Source of the DNA: Chiloscyllium plagiosum
Taxonomy: Eukaryota
NCBI RefSeq assembly: GCF_004010195.1
Contig: NC_057718.1
Coordinates: forward strand, 36,068,501-36,132,500
Direction: 5' to 3'
DNA: 64,000 nucleotides
The position numbers were made by a program, and so were the translations under genes. Below the pieces are notes generated by a model. That model worked only from the letters and a program-made list of their open reading frames with translations, was not told the origin of the DNA and did no database searches. Positions 12,631-24,010 of the stretch are shown piece by piece. How positions within the stretch are numbered: position 1 is the stretch's first letter; every line of letters begins with the position of its first letter.

Positions 12631-14617
12631 CAGCGCCAGTTTGTCTGGCTGAAGAGAAGAGCGGCCTTTGACTGAGGGTGGGACTGGAAAGGTTAGCCTC
12701 AGCTGTCAGCTGCAGGGAGATTGCATGGGTTGAAGGAAGATTGCAAGATTCTGAGTGTTGATAGTAAGGCCATGGGTATAGATCTTAATGTCAAGGAGGA
12801 AACCATTAAGTTTAAGGATAGACCATTAAGTCAAGGGAAAACTCTAAGGAATAGGGAACAGGAAAAGGAAGCTAGAAGGTTGCAAAGATTGGAGGGGTTA
12901 AAAGTAATGTAGAAGCCACAGCTGGAGACTAAACATGAAGGAGAAAGCAATCACAAAGCAGACATTGTGGCTCAAGGAATCATTATGTCTTGGGAAGCAA
13001 AGTTAGATCATGGTGTGTGTCTCTGATCACTGGAGGAAGTACAAGTGGTGGAAGGAGATCCAGTTATAGGAGGGGCTGATTACGTAGGCTGGGCCCAATG
13101 TAATATGGGGCAGTGTCTAATCAATCAGTGGGAAATGATTGTTGGATCGAGTGATTGTGGGCATGGTACAAGCAGGTTAGGCTGAGGAACAAAGGGGAAA
13201 CATTCATACTCCTTTTGGCCTACAACTACTGCTCGAAAGGCACATCCCTCTACCATGCCAAAATTGTTACCTTCCTTTAGCTGTGAAGTTTCTTGAGACT
13301 TGTGTTACTTGACCAGACAGGGTTAGCCCTAAAACAAGTAAATGAGCTTCCTTAGTCATATTTATTTTTTGATCACAGATGACTTTATTAACACAAACTT
13401 CGTTAAAATGTTCAAATTCCATTCAAAACATGTAGTCTTGTCAGAACATGAAACCTTAAAACTAATTTCCCCCTTTACTCCAATAATCTCTTTTACTTCC
13501 TCTTAATTAGAGCTCCTCCACCCCAACCCTATCTCATAATGAAGAGGATGGACAGATCTACCCCATCGTGTTTTCACATCCTGGGGCCCAAACATTCACA
13601 GAGGAAGATTGAGTTGGTAGTAGGAAGGTTCCCTCGGGTTTGCAAAACAAATTTCAAAATTAAAAATGTCAAATAACAGCTTAATACTAGTTCCAGTGGT
13701 TCTGTACAGATTCTCCGATAAACAGACTTTCCCAAACTTTGGTTCAATATTCTTTTTTTCTTAGAGGTTGAGAGAGTAACAATATTTATGAAAACATTTG
13801 GTTGCAATCTGTGCTCAGCCTGTGCTAATGAGCTTGGAAGTGAGTGAGCCAGTAAAATAAAAGATGATCATATCAAAAGAGAACCCTGATGTCTACCAGA
13901 CAACGTTAATAAGAAGCTTGTCAGACAGTGGGAGTGTAGTGGAAAGGAATTTGAGGCTGTTAATCAGCCAACTGACAGTGATTCTGAAGTGGATTTAAAA
14001 TTTCCTTTGGGGCGCATAAATGAAATGAAACATCAGCAACTCATCAGTTAAAAGGAAGCAAAAGTGCAATGGGAGGAGAGTGACAGCTAATGAGTACAAC
14101 TGTGTTTCTCAACAGGTCAGTTGAGCATCAGTTAAATGGGAGTTGGAAGGCTTGCTCAGTGTGAGCCCATATCAGACTGTGCTCTTTGGAAGGGTGCCTG
14201 CTAGGTCCACTGCAGTGAGCACAGGCAATATTTATGGGTCGAGAATCTTTGAGCATTGAGGCTTGGATTCTCAATGGGGGAGTATATACTCTGACTTCTC
14301 CAGTGCCAAGAAGAAAGAGAGAGAGGCAGAAACACCTGCTCAGTGATATGGCCCTCTGCAACAACCAGAGCAGCACCAGCCTCATGAGAGTGCAGGATGG
14401 TAATTGTGTTAATTGCAGTTTTGTGGAAGACACACACAGCTGAAAGGATGTATAGACTGAGGTTTTTGTACTATGGAGATAGGTTCAAGGTGTGTTGATG
14501 AGAAAATAATATTTCATACTATGAAGATGTCAGAGTGACACCAGTAACTCTGAAAGCTATGTCTGTCCACACCCTGTGTGGGATTTTGTAGGAAGAGTTG
14601 AGGCCAAGGAGATATTT

Positions 14618-14925
14618 GATTAGATTAGATTACTTACAGTGTGGAAACTGGTCCTTCACCCAACAAGTCCACACCAACCCTCCGAAGATCAACCCACCCA
14701 GACCCATTTTCTACACCTAACACTACGGGCAATTTAGCATGGCCAATTCACCTAACCTGCATTTTTTTTGGACTGTGGGAGGAAATCGGAGCACCCGGAG
14801 GAAACCCATGCAGACATAGGGAGAATGTGCAAACTCCACACAGACGGTTGCCTGAGGCGGGAATTGAACCTGGGTCTCTGGCACTGTGAGGCAACAGTGC
14901 TAACCACTGTGCCACCGTGCCGCCC
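14618..14925 (-). mobile_element. HE1-like V-SINE inserted in the Harbinger transposase
   Basis: Full head, V-domain and tail; agatat on both flanks (possible TSD). Confidence 0.95.
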
Positions 14926-15284
14926 TAGATATGGTGATAAAAGTGATGTGGCCCTCAACTTGTACACTTCCGGCTCAATCCAGGGATGGTCTGGAGGTAT
15001 TTGAGGAGTAGTTGTATCAGGCAGACAAAAGATGTCACAGAGTGATACATCAGGTATCACAAAACCCAGCTCTGTCAGGCCTAGGGGACTTGAGACCATT
15101 GCTGAATTCTCTGACATTCAGAGGGGTGACTAACTGCAAGCATGTGGTCCCCACAATTCAAGCAGGACCCTTTGTGAACAGGAAACCATTCCACTCACAG
15201 AATGTTCAATGAGTCGACCACCACCACTAAAGGATCCTGCAGGTTTGGGTATGATTCCCAAGAAACTGCATGAATCACACATTG

Positions 15285-15585
15285 TTGAGTCATCCTTGTC
15301 CAATCCGTCCATGCCAACCAGGTTTCTCAAACTAAACCAGTCCCAATTACCTGCATTTGGCCCATACCCCTCTGAACCTTTTCTGTCCATGGACCTGACC
15401 AAATATCTTTTAAATGTCATAACTGTAAATACTTCTATAACTTCCTCTAGTGGGTTCATGCCACATGTACACCACCCTCTCCGTGATAAAGTTGTCCCTC
15501 CGCTCCCTTCTAAATCTTTCCCCACTCAGCTTAAAACAATGCCGTCTAATTTTGAACTCCCCTAATGTGGGGGAAAGACCTTCAT
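15285..15585 (-). mobile_element. CR1 3' fragment nested in the Harbinger transposase
   Basis: Minus ORF ...VMTFKRYLVRSMDRKGSEGYGPNAGNWD. Confidence 0.85.
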
Positions 15586-15864
15586 TGCCCCAGGTACGGT
15601 AATTCTTTAGACCACCTTCATGGCTTCATGGATGGGATGTTGGGTAACAAGGAATTTCCCCTGAATTATTTGCCTGACACAGAGGGAGGGGACACTTTGA
15701 ATTACAGTCATTCAACATAAGGGCTCACCAATAGGCCTTCTGAAAATGACTCTGGATAATCTGGAGAGCTCTCTAAGCTGCCTCATGCCAGATAACGTTT
15801 TAGTATGCTGCACTTTTCACAACCTCCAGAAGGGGAGTAGCAGTGGAAACTAACAACTACCCTG

Positions 15865-16530
15865 AGCATGTAGGAACACAGGAGCAGGATGAGGCCATTC
15901 AGCCCATGGAGTCTGCTCTGCAATCCTACCTTAAGGCTGATCATCTACCTCAACCCCATTTTCCTGCACTAGCCCCACATCATGTTGCTAGTATTGAGGA
16001 GTCTGTTGATTTCTATCTTAAGTATATTCAACAACAGAACTTCCGCAGCTCTCTGCAGTAGAGAATTTCAAATATTTATCACCCTCTGAGTGAAAAATTC
16101 CTTTTGACTGTGTCTTTTTATTCAAGTGCACCACCCACTGCCACAACCACTAGCCCCCAGCCTGGGGGGAGCATTCATTTTTATTTCAGTTTCAATGAGA
16201 TTACCTCTCAGTTCTTCTAAACTCAAGAGAATATAGATTCAGTCTTCTCAAAGGAATATCCCAGAAATCTGTCTGCTGTACTTGCTCATGCAAATTATAT
16301 TTTTCCTTTGGTAAAGGGACAATTATCTTGGTGCAATCTCATCAAGATCCTATGGAATTGAAGGAAGACTTCTTTACTCCGGTATCCAAAAACAGGGCAA
16401 ATCTTTTTGTGATAAAAACCAAAATATCACTTGCTTTCCTCATTGCTTGCTGTACTTGCATGTTAGTTTTCAATGAAGTAAAGACAAGAACGCCCAGTTC
16501 CCTTTGGATATCAACACTTGCCAAGCTTTC
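15865..16530 (-). mobile_element. Old CR1 3' fragment
   Basis: Minus ORF 16342-16524 VDIQRELGVLVFTSLKTNMQVQQAMRKA; tail catgtaggaacacaggagcagg..ggccattcagccc. Confidence 0.75.
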
Positions 16531-17824
16531 CCTGGAGGATCAATGAGGCTAATGGAAATACATTGCAGCTCTGATGTTACCGAGCATTAACATGTGCACC
16601 AGAGAGTGATTCAACTCACTCATACGAACAGCTTCCTTTTGAGAGACTGTTAAGTGCCCCTCAGTCTTCACGTTGATGACCTTTCACTAAATGCCATTGC
16701 CATCTCTGTGGTTCCATCGTAACAACAATCCGTAACCTATCTTCTTCATTGCCCTTATTCTGTGCCTCATTCGTGCCCTCTATCTCAAGTGTTCACCATC
16801 TGCTAACAACTGAGTAGTGCAGAAATGAGCAGATGAGCTGTTAAAAGATGCATTACAAGACCTTTAATGTTCTACATGCATCTAACACTTTGGCACTCAT
16901 CACAAAACTATCATCCAGCGAGACTTAAGTGAAACGAGGTGGATTTATATAAAGGGTTCTGGTGCTCTTCTGTTGTGCTTGCCTGGTGTCTGCAGTTGAT
17001 GTGGAGGTCAGCTGCTGTCTTTCCTGCTGTGCTCAATCTGATCGTGGCAACAGATATTCTCTACCTTTCAGACCCTTAGCAGGTTCTATAAATGTCAGGG
17101 CATAGGGGAATGCAATGAGTGTGGTCACCGGTGTCTGTGTAGGGGGTGTCACTGTCATTCATACAGCTGTCAGGATGCTGTCAAAAGGACTCAAGATTCA
17201 TTATTAATGCAAAAAATGCCTTGACAAGATCTCTCTAAACTTCAGGCATCCCTTACCCACCTTTTGAAGGATTGCTTGCTCTTCCCTGTTTTCCTGGAGT
17301 TACTAAATACCTGACAATAGGTCCAGGTATTGCAGAGCCATCTCACTTACTAGTCCTTGAACACATTGAAGGTTTGACACCCTTATCTGTTACTGCGGTC
17401 ACTCTCAATGTTCTGCACATCCACCTCACCCTCAGCAAAAAGCCGCTCAGCAGCAACCCATAACCTTTCCATTAGAGTCACTGCAGTTATGAATGCCCAA
17501 GTAACTCCAGCTCTTCTCTTCTCTTCTGACCATTGTGAATGTGCTTCACCTTCAACCATGAGCATACACTGTGCTGTCCATGTCTCAGAGCCCATATGTG
17601 TTAGTCAGCCCATGCCTTTGACCATGTACAACTGCTACAAGTAGGCATTCTGTCTTGCCAATGAAACAACCATGGGTCACCCCTGTGAATCAGCTCATAT
17701 CACTCTGGTTTCTGGTCATGTACATCACATGAGTTAGCTATCTCAATCCACAGCTCATGGGTACCATTGAGATTAGACACATTGAAGGTTTGCAGTTACA
17801 AAGGGTAATCACCATGCCAAACTG

Positions 17825-17970
17825 TAGTAAGTCCTTAAATAACTTCCCCCACTTTGCCCCATGGCCATTTCATTTTTCTGAGGCTTGATACCATCCAATG
17901 GCAAAAGCTCCTGTCTCCATTCTCTCATTTCTCATACAATGTCCTACAGGACTTATTAAATCTTGGAGTC
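17825..17970 (-). pseudogene. Possible Myb/SANT-like second gene of the Harbinger element
   Basis: Fragmentary minus-strand motifs PRFN, RQELLPLDG and KLFKDL in the order expected for Harbinger Myb-like proteins; heavily decayed. Confidence 0.35.
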
Positions 17971-18077
17971 AGTCATCTCTGACTTGAACCATTTCTGACA
18001 GCCAGCCTTGTCCATCATTCTCCCTCATGCCCTTTATGTCTGCAGCTCATATGAAGGGCTACAGAGTGCCTGCTAAA

Positions 18078-18270
18078 GCCAGAAGTCATACAACACCAAA
18101 TTACAGTCCAACAGGTTTATTTGATATCACACAAGAGTTTGGAGTGCAGCCCCTTCGTCAGGTGCCCTGAAAGCTTGTGATTTAAATAAACTCGTTAGAC
18201 TATAACCAGTTGTCTTGTAGCTTCTGACTTTGTCCACCCCAGTCCAACACCGGCACCTCCACATCATGAC
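18078..18270. mobile_element. Palindromic PLE-terminus insertion, family B
   Basis: Inverted arms (agaagtca..caacacca..agtccaacaggtttattt / aaataaactcgttagactataaccagttgtc..cttctg); degenerate HHR CTGACGA-aggggctgcactcc on minus; flanks tgcctgctaaa / tgcctgctgaa. Confidence 0.7.
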
Positions 18271-18566
18271 TGCCTGCTGAATACGACAACATCCTTTGAA
18301 AGAAAATCTTCCTAACTGTACCTGTTATTGGTTAGCTCACTGCTTCTTGAAAATCCTAAACTGACTTTAGTCAAGTAAATCAACGGGTTTATAGCCTCAC
18401 CTTTCCTTCTGCTGCACAACCACTTTTAACGGTGGTGCCAGGGCCTTCTCTTAACTGGGACGATCCTCACCTTTGTTAAGGAGACTATTAAAATGAAATG
18501 ATAAATTTAAGTGTTTTAAATAACCCAAATACATCACCTTGATTCAAAACAGCAGTTCTTTCAGTC

Positions 18567-18705
18567 AGTTCTGAAGAAGAGTCACTGGACCCAAAATGTT
18601 AACCCTGCTTTCTCTCCACAGGTGCTGCAAGACCTGGTGAGGTTTTCCAGTAATTTCTGTTTTCGTTTCTGATTTCTAGCATCCACAGTTCAGTTTTTAT
18701 TTCAT
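18567..18705 (+). mobile_element. Solo PLE terminus, family C, degenerate hammerhead
   Basis: agttCTGAAGAagagtcactggacccAAAAtgttaaccctg followed by ccacaggtgctgcaagacctg. Confidence 0.7.
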
Positions 18706-18899
18706 TTCTGAGTTTTGAATACAGAATACTTCCTGTTATTCTCTTTTATCTAATTAGCACTTTCAAACAGTATTTTCTGTAACTTTTACAATCTCTAAGC
18801 AATCTTTCGCTTTCAATCACAGGCAGCTGTCCATACAGATAGCTGCCTTTGATTTATGGGGCATTGTCCCTTAATCAGTGCATAAAAAACATTGTAGCA

Positions 18900-19690
18900 A
18901 GACCTGCGTAACATTAGGCTTTCGCTGATGAATGGCAAGGCACTTTCACATCACAGAAGTGCTAAGCCATGACCAACTCCAACCAGAGAACGCAAACATT
19001 GGTCCTTGATATAGAATAGCATTACCATTGCTGAATTCCCCCACTATCAACATGGTCAGTGATACAACTGGGAAGAAACTGAATTGGCCCAGCTCTTTAA
19101 ATATTGTGGTTACTAAAGCAGGCCAAGGCCATGGATTCTGCTATGAGTAACTCACCTCCCTGTTCCCCTAAATTCTGTCCAATACCTGCAGGAAGCAAGT
19201 GAGATGGAATTTGATGGAAAACTCCCCACTTTCCTGGATGGCTAAAGCTACAACAACACCAGTTAAGCTTGATACCATCCAGGTCAAAGCAGTCAGCTTG
19301 ATTGGCACCCATCCAACACCTTCAAAATTCATGCCTTCCACCACTGACACAGTGGTAGCATTGTGTACCATCCACAAGTTGCGCGAGAACAACTTACTAA
19401 GACTCTCTAGACAGCACCTTGCAAACCCACAGCCTCTACCACCCAGAAGGACAAAGGCAGCAGTTACATGGGAAGACAATCCACAAACGACACTGATTTG
19501 GAATATGCCACATTCCTTCGTTGTTGCTGGGTCAACATCCTGAACTCCCTCAGTGTGGGTGTACCCACACTATATGAACTGCAGTGGTTTAAGAAAGGAG
19601 TTCACCACCACCTTCTCAAGGACAATTACTGATGGGAAATAAATGCCAGCTTGACCAGTGATATTCATATACTTTGAAAAAATAAAATAA
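18900..19690 (+). mobile_element. Degenerate LINE 3' portion (CR1/L2-group, second family)
   Basis: AD.WQ..F...KC.AMT-like RT C-terminus; ORF 19199-19543 MENSPLSWM...KLDTIQVKAVSLIG; tail gggaaataaatgccagc...aaaataaaataaa. Confidence 0.75.
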
Positions 19691-20389
19691 AGCTGACATA
19701 TCTGACAGAAATAATTACACTAGAGAAGGTGGACGTTTAAGCCACTGTTGTAAATATCAACATTTTGATGGGAAGCCTAATGTTTACTCATTGGGGAAGT
19801 GAAGCAGTGAACAGTTTTAATATCTATTTAGCAGCAAGCTTTAAAAAGAAATGTTTCTTTGTTACGTGAATTTACCTGCACTAGTTGAGCTCATTGTAGC
19901 TGTATCGGTAGATAGTTTGTCAATTTGGCTTCAGTATAAAATCCCAGCGACACTGAAGGAGGCTGGAGTGGAGCTGCCACACTGCACTGATGCAACTGCA
20001 TTGTCAGCTTACAGGCTGCCTGGCTTTGTAACGCAAGGCTATTTCTCTTAATTGAATATCTTGTCTCACATAAACGCACATTCATCGAGCGGAGCAAGAA
20101 TAATTATGGACTGAGAAGGAGCGGCATAAAAACTGGCAAACCTCTGTAGGGCTGTAATTCACTGTTGAAAGGAGGTTGTATTGTAAAAATTCTTGTGTAG
20201 GTAACATCGAAAGAGGTAATAGACTGTGTAAACACAATAACCTTGATCTCTATTAGCTGGAGTCAAATAAGGAAGAGATTTATATTAGGAACAAGATCTG
20301 TGCACCCACCAGAGTGCACGTTTCTTGTCGATTAATCAAGCATAGGTTTATATAAATGTGAAAGAAATCTGTTTCTTCAATGCACTTAA

Positions 20390-20560
20390 TGAAAGGGAAT
20401 CTTGTATCCTTACCTGGTCTGGTGTTCATGTGATTTCAGCTCCACAGCAATATGGTTGACTCTTAATTGCCCTTTGAAGTGGCCTAGCAATTGATTTAGT
20501 TTGAGGGCAATTTCAGATAGGCATGATGTCCACATTCCATTAAAGAATGAGGGAAAGAAA
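20390..20560 (+). mobile_element. 3' half of a second tRNA-SINE family
   Basis: ccttacctggtctgg...cacagcaatatggttgactcttaattgccc...gagggcaatt; tail resembles that of the LINE at 18900-19690. Confidence 0.6.
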
Positions 20561-21051
20561 TAACCTGCTTATGTACATAATTTATGTTGATATATTATTT
20601 TGTATGATGCATGCAGTTCATTCAATAGCTGATCCCAATACAATTTTGATGTAAATGTGAAACCTTGCAGTAATTGGTGCTCTGGGGGTTTGGTTATACT
20701 TATTATACACTTCATTGTAATCCTTTTGAAATGTTGAGTCTCAGTGAAATCACTTGTTAAAGGCACTTTTCTTTTAATGCAACAGTTTTTAGCAGACCAC
20801 GATAAGGTGTAAATTCATGACATGTCATTCAGTAATTAATTTTACTTGCAGTTCAGCCTTTATGAGCTCAACAGTACAGCTATTCCCCAACACTGTTTCA
20901 TCAGGGAGAACATACTCTTAACATATGCATTTGATGTGGTTATGAATCAGGGACATAGTACCAGTATGTAGGGGTTTCTCAAATTTTCACTTGTGAAATA
21001 TTTTATTCCTTTTATCAGGAAATGATTTATTCTTATCAACATACTTTAACT

Positions 21052-22558
21052 ATTAGTGAGTTTTGAGAAGATTTGTAGCTCAGGTTGAGGTTCTGGATGT
21101 AGGTTTGCTCGCTGAGCTGAAAAGTTTGTTTTCAGAAGTTTCATCACTATACTATGCAACATCATCAGTGAGCCTTTGGTGAAGCACTGGTGGTGAGGCC
21201 CGCTTTTTATTTATGTGTTTAGGTTTCCTTAGGATGGTGACATCATTTCATGTTCTGATGTCATTTCCTGTGGTGATGTCATTTCTTGTTCTTTTTCTCA
21301 AAGGATGGTAAATGGTCAAGCCTATGTCTTACCACCCACTTCACCTTCAACAACAAAACCTACAGACAAACCAATGGAACTCCCATGGGATTTCCAGGGT
21401 TCTTAACAGAGGCAGTAATGTAGAGACTCAAACAAACAGCTCTGCCAACCATCCAACCAAAACTTTAGGTCTGCTGTGTGGATGACATCTTTGTCATCAC
21501 TAAACGAAACAAACTAGAGGAAACTTTCAAGCCCATCAACAATACCCTTACTGGCATAAAATTCATTAAAGAGGAGGAAAACAACAACAAATTGCCATTC
21601 CTGGATGTCGCAGTAGATTGAACAGCCAATGGGGAACTTCAAACCAGTGTCTACAGGAAAACAATACATACGGATCATATACTCAACTACAGAAGCAATC
21701 ATCCCAACATCCACAAACGAAGCTGCATTAGAACATTATTTCAATGAGCCACCACACACTGCAGCACAGAGGAACTATGAAAATCACCTATACAGTGATT
21801 TTCTCAAGGACAATCCTTGGAAACAGAATGGGAAAAAATATGTACAGAACGGGTACCCAATGAGCATCCAATGATTTCTCAGCAACAGACCAAACAAGCA
21901 GACAAAACACGTCCAGAAACCTGAGCCACTCTCCCCTACATCAAATACATCTTGGAAATGACTGCCAGACTACTCAGACCTCGTGGCATCATGGTAGACC
22001 ACAAACTCACCAACACACTAAAACAGCAGCTCATGAACTTGAAACACCTGATACAGACAACAAGCAAAACTAATGTCATTTACAAAATACCGTGCAAGAA
22101 CTGTAACAAACACTATATTGGACAAACAGGCAGAAAACTAGCCACCAGGATATATGAACATCAACTAGTCACAAAAAGACATGACCCACTATCACATCTT
22201 TACATACAGATGAAGAAGGACACCACTGGGACAACATATCCATCCTAGGACAAGCCAAACAGACATGCGCGAGAATTCCTGGAAGCATGGCATTCTAACC
22301 GAAACTTTATCAAGAAACACATTGACTTGGATCCCATTTACCACCCTTGAGAAAAATAACATGAAATGACATCACCACAGGAAATGATATCAGCACATGA
22401 AATGATGTCACCAACCCAAGGAAACTTAAACACGTAAGTAAAAAACAAGCCGCACCACCAGTGCTTCACTGGAGGCTGACTGATGATGTTACCTAGTATG
22501 GTGATGAAACGTCTGAAAACAAACCTTCCAGCTCAGTGAGCTAACTTACATCCAGATC
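21052..22558 (+). mobile_element. Penelope-like retroelement (5'-truncated RT plus GIY-YIG endonuclease) with an inverted copy of its 3' terminus at the 5' end
   Basis: ORF 21952-22248 NVIYKIPCKNCNKHYIGQTGRKLATRIYEH is a PLE GIY-YIG; RT remnants GTPMG and VDDIF (21375-21495); 21056-21315 is the reverse complement of ~22330-22558 plus a short extension; ctttaact on both flanks (21044-21051, 22559-22566). Confidence 0.92.
22476..22517 (+). ncRNA. Minimal type I hammerhead ribozyme motif in the PLE 3' terminus
   Basis: CTGATGA (22480-86), hairpin tgttacc/tagtat/ggtgat, GAAAC-GTC (22506-13); an inverted, more decayed copy lies at 21132-21172 (-). Confidence 0.75.
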
Positions 22559-22611
22559 CTTTAACTGTGATGTACGAATGCAATATTCATCATGTAGACT
22601 GTCCATTGACA

Positions 22612-22745
22612 TAATGTGGAGGTGCCAGTGTTGGACTGGGGAGGACAAAGTCAGAAGTTACATGACACCAGGTTATAGTCCAACAGGTGTATTTGAAATA
22701 ACACGCTTTTGGAGTGCAGCTGCTCACCTGACAAGGCTGGAAACT
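22612..22745. mobile_element. PLE terminus, family B fragment
   Basis: atgtggaggtgccagtgttggactgggg...ggttatagtccaacagg; reverse complement of the right arm of 18078-18270. Confidence 0.7.
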
Positions 22746-23771
22746 TTCCATACACTCATCTAAAGAGTTAATTTGAGATCTTCATCATTCAAGTTCAGAC
22801 ATCTCAGGAATAACAGCAGACTGTTAGTTGTCAGATCAAACTGCTTTTCAAGATATGAGCTTTTTGATTGGATGCAAGTGATGAAATTGCTTATTATTTT
22901 TTTCCCTTTGCTGATCAGAAAGTTGAGTCAATGCTCCCTTGCTTTGAGCTTAAAAGAAACGATCCATTGATCTTTTCAGAGCTCACTACTGAATGATATC
23001 ATACAGGTCAGGTATGTGTTTGCATGGACTGCAGCTTCAGCTTAGTTTGTTCAAACACGGTGTTAGCTGGCACGTAACCTTAGGTAGATGGTAACAACAT
23101 TTGCACTGGCAGATTCATTATCAACTTTACTCATCATCAGGAACGCTAAATGTTTTGAATAATCATGGTGCTGAAGTAAGAGAATGAGGCAAATCATGTT
23201 TCCTAACCACGATCCATAGCCCTTTCTAAAGATAACCAATATGCTTGTTTAGCCCTGCCCCAACTTTGGGAACAAACTCCACAAATCATTTTCTGACTCA
23301 TTGCTGATAGAATACAATGATCAAACATTTTCAACACCATGTATCAGTGTCAATATCAATTTTGTGCAGACCTGCTTTGAATACATTGTTTACAATATGA
23401 GCCAAGATGAAAAGCTTTGAAAAACACTGGGTTCTTTCCAGAAAGTATGCAGAGAAATGGCATTAGTGTTATAAATGGACAATACTGACAATGCTGTTGG
23501 AAGCCCAATCCATCCTTTCAGAGAGCTATCAGAACTTAATCTGGAATAGCCACAGTGCATTCAAATAGAGGTTTAGAAAAGTTTTGCAGTTTGGGCTCAT
23601 ATCCATCTTTGACAATGTATTATTGGACACAATAGGGTACATCTTCTATTTCCTTTATTAGAGGTATCCATTTCAACTAAACAAAAGAGAGACATGTTGG
23701 TGGAGTTCAGAACCTTTCAGTATATTGAGTGATGAGTCACCATGTTTTCTTGTTTGGTTATACAGGTTCCA

Positions 23772-24010
23772 GGGGGTCTTCTGATGCAGTGGTAGCTTCC
23801 CTATTGAGCACCAGAAACTCTTTGGTCGAGGTCCATGCCAGGGCCTGTTGGCTATGAAAGGAACAGTAATAACAAGGCCAAAGAGTTTGATGACCAGTCT
23901 GCAAATCCTTGAAGGCGAGCAGTAAGTACCCCCCGTACAGCCATCTTGTAGAAGAGAATGGTAAACCCAATTGCAATACTTTGTCTGTAAGAAAGAACCA
24001 ATCTAAAGCA
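23772..24010 (+). mobile_element. Old tRNA-derived SINE with RTE-like tail
   Basis: tgatgcagtggtag head; aatggtaaacccaattgcaatactttg resembles RTE-derived SINE tails. Confidence 0.4.

Larger units (their letters stand above)
14445..15830 (+). pseudogene. Decayed PIF/Harbinger (HARBI1-like) DDE transposase, interrupted by a SINE and a CR1 fragment
   Basis: Collinear motifs across frameshifts: ALNLYTSGSIQG (~14950-14985), GVTNCKHV..FVNRKPFHSQNVQ (15125-15212), FP..C.ESHI (~15255-15283), GW.LG.K.FPL (~15630-15663), IGLLKM..LD.SG (~15731-15768), VCCT.HN (~15802-15823). Confidence 0.75.

Noticed and set aside
22965..23017. Possible 27-32 nt exon (cttttcag|AGCTCA...CAG|gtatgt)
   Set aside because: Such motifs arise by chance in 64 kb, and there is no supporting homology.
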